A program made the position numbers and the translations under genes. Shown piece by piece: positions 41,527 through 51,599 of a stretch of 64,000 nt of DNA. Origin of the DNA: Nageia nagi (Eukaryota > Plantae > Pinophyta); contig JBITNC010000001.1 of assembly GCA_050084985.1 (NCBI GenBank), forward strand, positions 160,518,001 through 160,582,000. Direction: 5' to 3'. Below the pieces are notes generated by a model. The model saw only the letters and a program-made list of their open reading frames with translations. It was not told where the DNA came from and ran no database searches. The first letter of the stretch is position 1; each line of letters starts with the position of its first letter.

Positions 41527-44500
41527 TTTTGGGATTTATCATTCTTGATTACGTGTGAGAAAATTAGACACTAGAAATAAACATTTATGTAGATAAAGGT
41601 TAAAAATCAAAATTGGTGAGGTTCACTTAATATCTTATTGAGTGAAGAAGAATGCTATATCCTCATAGAAGCATTAGCACACTAATTCCATTATTTTGGC
41701 AATTCTAATATATAACAAATAAGAAATGTGTAGCAAAAATAACTACAACAGCCTTTCTTCATCTCTCTGCAAGCTTCTTGGACATAGATTTCTTGTTACC
41801 CATAAAACACCGTAATCACTCCACTATGATTACAACATACTTGTCATTTTGACATCAAGAAGAATACATTGATTTAGGATTGGCATTATAGCTCTCTAAA
41901 TGCCCTTTAGCATTATGACACTTATTCCTAGAAACATCATCATATTACACTCACTTGGTAATACGGCCTCAACATTGCAATCCAAACTAAAGATTACATC
42001 TCTTGGACTAGTTGGTGTACATAACAAATCTATTAATATGCATTTATACAACAAGAATAACTTTTTCTAATGTTATAACAACTTTCTAATATTTAATCAT
42101 ACCAAAAAAATTACTATTCTACGACCAAAATTGCTATGTTAGGTCTCTTCTAATCTATTTAATGCCATCTTCAACAAATATGATCCAACATCATCCACAT
42201 TCAAATTAGGGAAATACAACATGTTGAACATCTTTTGGTTTCCTCTCATATGATGTACCTCACACCAATATATTAATAGGGCCATCATTCTTATCTAGAT
42301 GTGTATCTTCCTCCACACACCCAATAATCTCCCACTTGAAGTCTAATTCACTATTTTAGATAACAACACAACTTCATCTTCTTCTTATGATGCTCCATAA
42401 AATTTTCTTTATTCATGTTGGATCAACCATATCTTCATGCAATCTTCATCAACTTTTTCCTTTTACCATTATCCCTCTTTTTCCATCATACATAAAAAAC
42501 ACCATGCACCATCTAGCCTTGTGGAATGTCAACTTCCACTCTTTCTTTGATTTCCTTGCATAAACACTCACCACCATCAATACGCAAGTTATTTAAAATA
42601 ATAGAGAACTTTAGAGTTCACCTCCATCTTCAAACATTCTTGTGGAATTTCTTTTATCTTGAGGATAAAGATCCTTTGCACCCTTGGTATCCATATCACC
42701 TCCTTGAAGTCTTCTCCTACAAGATCTCATACAATCTCCAACATCATTTCTCCCATCACTTCTTCATTTTATGCACTTTTGCAATTGAAATAATTACTTT
42801 CCAATTTGAAATCCATAAACAAAAATGAAGGAATGACATAAGAAGATCTAGTTTCATCAAACTTGTTAAATACCCATAATTAAGCTCTAATACCACTTGT
42901 TGGAGTTGCCCAATAGAAATAGTTGCATCACCCTCTCTTCATCTATTTGCAAGCTTCTCAAATGTGGATTTCTCCTCACACACAAAAAATCATAATCATT
43001 CCATAGTGATTACAATATTTCTCTCATTTTCATATCAAGAGGAACACATTGATTCAAATATACCATTTCAACATTACAACCTTCTATATGCCCTTCTAGC
43101 ATTAGCACACTTAGTCCCAAGAACATCCTAACATTAAATTCAATTGGCAATACAACCTCAATATTAGAACCTCACCTAGAGATTACATCTCTCTATTATA
43201 TACCCCTCTCTTGGACTAATTGGCATGCATAATAAATATATTTATATATATTTACATAACAATAATAACTTTATATTATGCTACAAAAATGCTCTAATAT
43301 TTAATCACACAAAAACAAAATTATTGTTCTGCCACCAGAAATGCTATGTTGGGTCTCTTCTAATCCATTGAACATCATCTTCAGCAAATGTGATCCAACA
43401 TCATTGACATTCAAATTAGGGCCATCATTCCTATCTAGTTGTAAATCTTTCTCCACACACCTAACAGTCTACAACTTGGAGACTTATTCACTATTTTAGA
43501 TAGTAAAACAAATTCATCTTCTTCTTATGATTCTCCATGAACTCCTCCTAGTTCATCCTAGATCAACCATATCCTCATGCAATCTTCATCAAGTGTTTCT
43601 TTACATCCTTGTCCCTCTGTATACATATTGCACACAAAACATCATGCACCATCCAACCTTGTGGATTGGCAACTCCTACTCTTTCTTGGATTTCCTTGCA
43701 TAAACACTCACTACCATCAATATGCATTTGAAACTACAAGAAACTTCAAAGATTTTACCTCCATATTCAAACATTCTTGGTCGAATTTCCAAGGTTATCC
43801 TAATGCTAAAGATCCTTTGCACCCTTGGTACCCATATCAACTCCTTGAAGCCTTCTTCTATAATATATCATCCTATCTCCAACATCATTGCTCTCATTGC
43901 TTCTTCAATTTTCACACTTTCAAAATCAAAACAACTATTTTCCAATTTACAAGCCATACATAGAACTAGGGAAGGAATGAGACAAGGAGCTTCCATTTAC
44001 CATTCATTTGATTTCCCAAAGTTTGATTATTTATGAGCTCACATTGGTCAGCAACCTATCTCTACTATATCCTCCTAACTCCCACTAAAATCATAATCTA
44101 TCAAACATGATAAATGCCCATCATTAAACTCTAACACCACTTATTGGGATTTAGACTTCTAGTTTATGTGTGAACAAAATTGAAAAATAAAAATAAATAA
44201 AACTGCAAATAAAGAGCATAAAAATTTAACAAGATTCACTCAACATCTTGTTAAGCTACATCCTTAGAAAAGTACCAGCATAGAAATTCAAATATTCTAA
44301 CAATTAAAATATACAAGAAGGAATAATTGACCAAAATGAAATAACTGTAACACCCTATCTGCATCCCTCTACAAGCTACTCAAATATGGGTTTACCCTCA
44401 CCTACAAAACACCATAATCACTCCATTGTGATTACAACATTCCTCTCATTTTTACATTAGGAGGAATATATTGATTAAGGTATACCATTTTGGTATTACA

Positions 44501-44944
44501 ACCCTCTTTATGCCCTTCAAACATTACCACACTTAGTGCTAGGAACATCCTGACATTACAATAACTTGGCAATATAACCCTGACATTACAACCCCACCTA
44601 GAGATTATATCTTTCAGGTATTTACCCCTCTCTTGAACTGATTGATGTACATAACAAATCTATTTATATACATTTACACAACAATAATAACTTTGTCTTA
44701 TGCTATAACAACTTTCTAATATTTAGTCATACAAAAATAAAATTATTGTTTGAATTGCTATGCTAAGTCTCATTTTATTCCATTTAATGCCTTCTATAAG
44801 AAATGCAATCCTACATTGTCCATATTAGGAAACACAACATATTGAACATCTTTTGATTCCATCCCATGTGATGAACCTCATGCTAACACATTAATAAGGC
44901 CATCATTCTTATTTGGGTGTGAATTTGCTTCCACACACCCAACA
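41527..44944 (-). mobile_element. Tandem non-autonomous LTR element with three LTRs (LTR-internal-LTR-internal-LTR)
   Basis: LTRs 41527-42326, 42898-43466 (internally deleted) and 44142-44944; two Met-type PBS (42884-42895, 44128-44139); two PPTs (ATCTCCCACTTG at 42327, decayed copy at 43467); outer TSD ATTAT (41522-41526) / ATTGT (44945-44949); internal regions only ~570 and ~675 bp. Confidence 0.9.
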
Positions 44945-45425
44945 ATTGTTCTTGGAATTGATTTGTTGAATGAATTCATTGTTTATCCTCAAAATTGATT
45001 TTTTCATTCGGATTTCAGATTTACAATTTTGTTAGAATTGATTTCTTAATTTACAAGAAAAAATATTACATATTTAAAATATTTAATATAATGGATTAAT
45101 TAGTATTAATATTTAAAATATTACATTAAAGCTCTTCTAACCTTGGTGTAGAAAGCCTTTCAAGGTAATAACTTCAAATTTCATAGAGAAGAAAACTAAA
45201 ATTAAAATATTCTTGAATTTTAAGAGTATTTATTTAATTTCTAAAAATTAAAAGAATGTATTTATATAATTTCATGAATTATAAATGTATTTTTGTAAGT
45301 TTCCCTCAAACCAAAAAATATATTTTTTATTAATTAAATCTCAAATATATGTGGCAGAAAAATCATACAAGTTCTAAATATAAAAAGAACTAGCCAAACT
45401 CTCAATAACCAACCTTGTCGAGTCC

Positions 45426-45916
45426 TCAACATAAATCAATACTGCTACCCATTGAGGCTACCGTCATAGAGATTGTATCAGAAGTAGTTTGATACTTCCT
45501 CTTATAATATCCTAGCTTCGTCTCTGTTTCTTGAAGTTTAACTAACAAATCTGTGACTATTTGTCGCTCGACCTCATATCGTTGCTCTGCTTTATCTGCT
45601 CTCTGCATCTCTCGTTCCCACATTCCCCACCAATCTCTTTGAGGAGGATTCCTCTCCCTCTCTCTCATTGTTTCGTGTAAGTGCTCAATTTTATTCCGTA
45701 GCATGTTCACCTCCTGTGAGCACTCAAGAATGCGAGAGTTTAGGTCTTCTCGCATTCGCTTCTCCTCTTGGTGCGGTAAGCTAAGCTCAACCATGACAAT
45801 AAACACATCACTCTATCGCCCACTTCTCTTCGCTACATGTTTGCGTACAACCTCTCCACCTTCAAGAGCAAGATTAATGGTAACCTGTATAAGAGATCTC
45901 CATTCCTCTACACTAC
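45426..45916 (-). pseudogene. Last exon of the TIR locus: coiled-coil region
   Basis: A GT-AG intron (45917-46012) joins WYEGDPG to SVEEWRSLIQ in frame; one internal TAG (45813-45815); then E/R/K/Q-rich helical sequence REDLNSRILECSQEVNMLRNKIEHL..ETKLGYYKRKYQ to the stop at 45426. Confidence 0.7.
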
Positions 45917-46012
45917 CTGTAAAACCATAAGAACAATATATATTTTATTACTAATTAATTAATATCTAGAAATCTTATTTTAATAATTTAACCGACTAAT
46001 ATAAGCAAGTAC

Positions 46013-46795
46013 CTGGATCACCCTCATACCATGTCATGCCCTGGTGTACTGACTTGATTTGCATGGACTCCAAAATGGAGTCATCACCTACATAACCCAC
46101 CTTATTGCCACTGAAAAAGTTCACACATACTCCAATATCCAAAATCCAGTTGGAGGAAGTCAAAGAACGGCTTTGGTTTTGATTTGGAGATGCTTCCTTG
46201 TGAATGGGGAACTCCACATAGATTCGGTTGAGGAGGAAGCAAACGGATTTCACAACTTTATTTCAGAAATCAACTTCATTTTCGTCTTTGCCAAAATATA
46301 AACCGTTAATGGAACGAACTTCTTTTAGAGCATCTTGCCATTTACTTCTTGTGTCATTGCTTTCCTCTAACTTTTGCCATTCGGAACTGTCCTTTGTGAT
46401 GTTAGAGAGTTCTTTTGGGCTAATCATGAAGAAGACCGGCAATATTTTAACGTGGGCGTTTTTCCCTGAATTTATGGCGCTAATGAAAGCGGACAGTTCA
46501 AGCATTGGCCATTTTGAACTAATAAATTCTTTGGATAGAACCACGACCGCTATTTTGCATGTTTGAGCGGCTTTAAATATAAAAGGAGGAAATTGCTGGG
46601 CAGGTGGCAAGCTTTTGTGATCCTCGTCAAAAAAGCATGTAATATGTTGTGTCGTCAGGTGTCTGTAAAGCTGCCGAACAAAGTTTTTCTGTTTGCCACT
46701 GTGACTAAGAAATACATCCTTATTCTCCCCGTCAACTTTTCCCCATTGAACGTCACTGCCGACAAGTATAATAGCGGACTAATCAGCCGCATAAT
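46013..46795 (-). pseudogene. TIR-domain exon (TIR at 46266-46718), probably of a pseudogene or a TIR-only gene
   Basis: DVFLSHSGKQKNFVRQLYRHLTTQHITCFFDEDHKSLPPAQQFPPFIFKAAQTCKIAVVVLSKEFISSKWPMLELSAF..KILPVFF..KWQDALKEV: a canonical plant TIR retaining the conserved Glu; in-frame TAG at 46779-46781 and TGA at 46263-46265; upstream GT-AG intron 46796-46870. Confidence 0.9.
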
Positions 46796-46870
46796 CTACA
46801 AGGCAATAGTGGACTATTAACAACAAAATTATAGATAAGGGAAGAAAAATTTAAATTGAGTCCATATTAC

Positions 46871-47950
46871 CAATGTTTTGAAGATCTTAATTCCTCCCTA
46901 GCTGATTGAATAGCCTTTGGAGGGCTCCCGACCACACAAGTTCAGATTGTTTTCCGCCATGATTACTCTACAAAATGCTTCCGCGGCAAGCAGTACCCAT
47001 AATAACAATAGTTGGCATGACCAGCTCATTTTGACCATAAATCGTTCTGGTGCTCGTTTGTTAGAGTGTTGTCTTATCCTTCTAACCAATTTTAGTGCAC
47101 GATCTACACGGTATGAAACATTTAAATCACTATAATCCCAATGGTGGAAATGTAAACATTAAAATAAGGCTACCACTTTTCAAATGCCAGAAGAAGTAAA
47201 TCTAGTTAGCAAACCAAGCATTCTTAAAAGCTTTAATGCAAAATAAAGATTTACTGAAGAGGGAAACACACCTGAAAACCCATCCACTGTTGATAGTTTC
47301 CTTCAAGACCTCATTCTTGTCATGGGATAAGACCATAATTATCACGAGGAAACATCATGATACCGCACTAATTCATTGATATCAGACGGAATCCTGATCA
47401 TGCAACTCCATTATCTCGGTATGGATAAAGAGTGTATACGTTGAGTTCATCGTGCGGATAGCCTAAGTGCTGTATGCATTTGAACTTGCACGGCAGTTAT
47501 ATGTCCGTGATGCCCAATGCATATGTCCAATGGATCTCCGTAATAGCCAATGTATGGTTTGGCCTTTTTAGCCCACCTTCATTCTTCTATCGAAGCTCAA
47601 ATGCTTCTGCTTTCGTTGAAGGTGCGGGTTTCTATCCCCACCACCCACAGATGATGATATTGAGGTTGTTCAATCAAATATGAAACTCGGTGGTCATCCT
47701 ATGTTCCTTCCACGGTCTTAAATTTTCTAGAGATTGCTACATTGTTCATGTCAACCATTAGAATATTCCTGCTACTGCTTTTCTATTGCACAACGAATAT
47801 AGCAGATATAAGACGTTCAAGAGACACATCATCATAGAAGATAAGGATGTTCAACGGTTAAACCAACGTGGATTTGTGAAAAGCAATGTTCGATGCTAAG
47901 CATTTTCTATCACGACTAAAACTGCATCATAGAAACTCGCCATGAATAGA
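46871..47950 (-). pseudogene. Degenerate upstream exons of the TIR locus (possibly plant mobile domain-like)
   Basis: CpG-retaining, coding-like composition; splice donors at 46870 (TTG|GTAATA) and 47271 (CAG|GTGTGT); interrupted translations LSAR*TQRIHSLSIP and LVWSGALQRLFNQL weakly recall PMD motifs. Confidence 0.4.
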
Positions 47951-48117
47951 TGTGGTCCACAACAAAATGACTAGAGGGTTTCCATTTTCAACCAAGATGA
48001 AGCTTGGGGAAGTATACGGGGCCTTTTAATCGATTGCTGGTACGAATTATTTTTTAATATTTGTTTCAAAAATAATTATTTTTTCGATAATAGTTCTGTT
48101 TTTTTTTTTTTAATTTC

Positions 48118-48495
48118 CATTAAGAAGCATGGCATGGCGATTTTTCAAGATCGTCATGCGATTCTTTTCTTTAATTTTAAAATTTTTTGTTTGGTCATTT
48201 TATCTATGTAAAAAAACATGAAACAAATTATTAAATGTTGAATTGGATAAAAGGTTTTTGTGGTATTTGAACTCAGGTCATTAAATTCAAATTTCAATGC
48301 TTTAACTGTATACCATAGTATAGATGATGAAATTGATTACAAGTAAATCAAATTTATTTTTCAAAAATCAAATCTTATGAATAATCATTAAGGAGTTTTC
48401 TAAAATCTTATGTTATTCTATTTAAAAAAAATAAAAATTAAAAATAAAGAGAAGAATCGCCGACGGTTTTAGAGAATCCATATGGTTCATCAATA
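48118..48495. mobile_element. MITE-like foldback element
   Basis: 48132-48188 (GCATGGCGATTTTTCAAGATCGTCATGCGATTCTTTTCTTTAATTTT) is an imperfect inverted repeat of 48424-48485 (AAAATAAAGAGAAGAATCGCCGACGGTTTTAGAGAATCCATATG). Confidence 0.55.
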
Positions 48496-50733
48496 ATGTT
48501 CAAGTAATGAAGTTTTTAGAGAATCACTAACGAAAATGATTCAAAGACACAAAATACCGTTACGCTTTCCATCTCTGCAGTCCTTGTATTTCAAACAAAA
48601 AAGTTCAAGTAATGAAGTTTATTTTTGAGGTTTATTTTCTCTAATGATGTTACGAGCTTTTACATTGAACCTCAATTTATCGTTCAGACATGCTATGTAC
48701 AAATCTCTTAAGACCTTCGTTACTAATAAATACATTGGGTTTCATAATAGAAGGTTTCCATGCATTGATAATGGTTTCTAGACAGAGATCGTTCTCACCA
48801 ATATCCTCTTATTTTGGTTATCATAATAGACCTAACATCTTTGCTTTTCTCATTTTCGTATATGTTGTCTCTATTCAGTATATTGAAGGACGTGTTTCCT
48901 TCACTACTTATTTACACGCATTAATAATATATCATTTCATTTCTCCTTCGGTCGTCCTGTTAAGAACTCGACCTCTCCTCCACTCCTCGGTCTATATCAT
49001 TATTCTTCAAATTTAGAAAGGATGGGTTTTGTGGCCCTATATTTAAGTTTGCACTCAAGTTTAATGTTATTAAATTTAAACTAAATATTGAATTTCCATA
49101 TGCATGTCTTAAAATTGTCTTACTTTTTTCATACATACATTTTTAATGTATGTGATTTAGTTTAGTTTTTTTTTAGAGTTTGTTATTTGATACAAGATAT
49201 CATGAACTTTTTAAGTTAAGAGTTGTAATTGAAGGGAATTCACATCGTAAAAAATTATTGGAGCATGATCTTTGTCTCAACAGCATCTATCATCAACTCG
49301 ATAGAATTTGAGGTATGTTTCAACTTTTAGGGGAAAAGAGTTTTGAATGTCAACCTTCCATATTTGAGAGCTTTGAACTACCCACCTCTCCAACTCCCCT
49401 ATCTGCCAATTCATTATATGATTTAATTTCAATAGTTTTAATATTTAGTATTACTACTTAATATAGTTTTTTTTTTTTTTGCATTATCTTTTATGTATTG
49501 TATTTTTCATATTCAAAATTATGTACTACATATTATATGGATTTAATTCTAGATATATTGAATGAAATGAAAGTACTTAGTATTTTCTTATATCTATTAT
49601 AATTATTTGCATCTCTACCATGATTTCTATCTAATTTTTGGCATTGTTAATAATAGGTATAATAAACATTCTTCATATTTATAGCACCAACAACTCATTT
49701 TGGATGATAATATTAACTTCATATGTAGAGAAGCTTCAACTATCTTAAATATTATCTCTTTATTCATTGATGCTTATATAAATTTCAAACTTAGCAATAA
49801 TAGCAATAATATTAATAATTTTTATACTATAAAATATTTAAAATTAAGATTTGTTTCTTTATCTATATTATAACAAGATGTATTAGAATTTTGATATCCA
49901 AATTAAAACTTTGTATGATATAATTCACAATTTTATTGTTGTTTTTAATATGATAATTTTTGTTGATTATAAGAAAATTACATCATTATTTTTCTAACCT
50001 TACAATATTCTTTTTGATAGATCATATATTAATTGGATGAAGGAAATTCTTTCTACATTACAAAAATAATTGATAATTTATAATAAAAATAAGTTGAGAG
50101 TTAAAAAAGTGGAATACCCTAAATTACATAAGATAATTCTATAACTCTTATAGATTGCATTATTATAAAGAAAATTCTTTAACTTGTAAGAATAAATCAA
50201 AATATAATTTACAACTACAATCCACATATTACAAGCATTAGGTTTGTGGTATCATAATATTGAGACAAAAGTATTAATAAACTAAGAAATCCCTTAAGGA
50301 TCTTCACTACCTCAATTAAGTATAATCTTTAGCATTATTGATAATATAATAATAGCTTATTAAATCTAATATTCTCTTAGTGCCAATTTTGCAATTTCTA
50401 GGTATATTTCATACATCATAAAATATTATTATATTTCAAGAGTATGATATCAATTATTATTGAAGATAGTCAAATTTATAGAATAAAAATAAGAAAGAAG
50501 TATGATTATCTTGTTTTCACTTCAAACTTTATAATAATACAAAAGGAAGGCTCAACTACTTTTATCTTTAAATTTGGTTTTTATAATGTAAATATCTTAG
50601 TTTTAGTTAGAATTTATGTAGTTAACTACTCTTATATTAATTCATATAATTAATTATCATTTTTTTATATTTATTACTTAGAATTATATTATAGGAAATT
50701 TATCATTATCTAACAACAACATATATCATGATA

Positions 50734-50852
50734 TTTTATTTTTGATACTCTAACCTAAGAACATACACATCCTCGCAGGTTGGATCTTAGGACCTAGCCA
50801 TTGTACCATCACCAAGCCCAAGGCCCCACCACTATGCCACACCCATTGAGGC
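50734..50852 (-). mobile_element. tRNA-derived SINE
   Basis: Minus strand has A-box TGGCATAGTGG (50829-50839), a decayed B-box ~40 nt downstream (50778-50788) and an A-rich tail CAAAAATAAAA; a GC-rich island in AT-rich DNA. Confidence 0.6.
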
Positions 50853-51309
50853 TATTATATAACATTCATGATTTAATATTATATTTTCATTTTAATTCAT
50901 TGTTATTATTGAGAATTTTTATTTTCAATATATTATGTTAGTTACAGTTATTTAACATATTAGAATATAAAAATATAATACATCATGGAAGATGGATATG
51001 CAATCTTATGAATGGTCGTGATTTACAATAAAATAATGATTGTTGGGATTTTTCATTTGTTATTTTTTGGTTCATCAACTCCATCTTACATAACATATTT
51101 TTTTGCTTTTTTTTGTTGGTCAGATAGCCAAAATTTTATAACCTCAAAGTATTTTTATATAAATTAACTAAATATACTCGCCATCAATTTTGTACCATGT
51201 TACCTATATTTTATAAATACTTATTTTTATGAGTAAATCATGTATTGAACCCAATTACTATAGTGGAAAGAATGCAGATTTGAAAGAGAAGAAGACTACC
51301 ACATAAGAG

Positions 51310-51530
51310 GAGAAGATGAGTGCATTATTGGAGAAGACAAGTATGTTCTTGGAGAAGATAAGCATCTTCTTAGAGAAGATAAAAATCTTATTAGAAGATA
51401 CAAGCATCTAGTGAGATAAGAAGATAAAAATCTTTTTAGAAGAGACAAGCATCTAGAAGAGATAAGCATCTTGTTGCATAAGTTGAGCATTTATTGTAGA
51501 AGATTAGTATCTTATCATATAAGATGACCG
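51310..51530. repeat. Degenerate ~21-bp minisatellite
   Basis: GAGAAGATAAGCATCTTCTTA-like units, about ten copies. Confidence 0.85.
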
Positions 51531-51599
51531 ACCCATAACTTCAAGACTAGCATCCTTGAGATCGAAGTAAGCATCCTTTAGATAAAGAATAGTATCCCT

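Noticed and set aside
45426-46262. NB-ARC/LRR continuation of the TIR (canonical TNL)
   Set aside because: No P-loop, kinase-2, GLPL or LRR motifs downstream of the TIR.
46898-47089. Small secreted peptide (signal-peptide-like MSWSCQLLLLWVLLAAEAFC)
   Set aside because: Short ORF inside a decayed exon with no independent support; not excluded, but not supportable.
50770-50852. Functional tRNA gene
   Set aside because: B-box decayed, no convincing cloverleaf, A-rich tail present; fits a SINE better.
51296-51490. Leucine-repeat-like ORF
   Set aside because: Translation of a 21-bp minisatellite.
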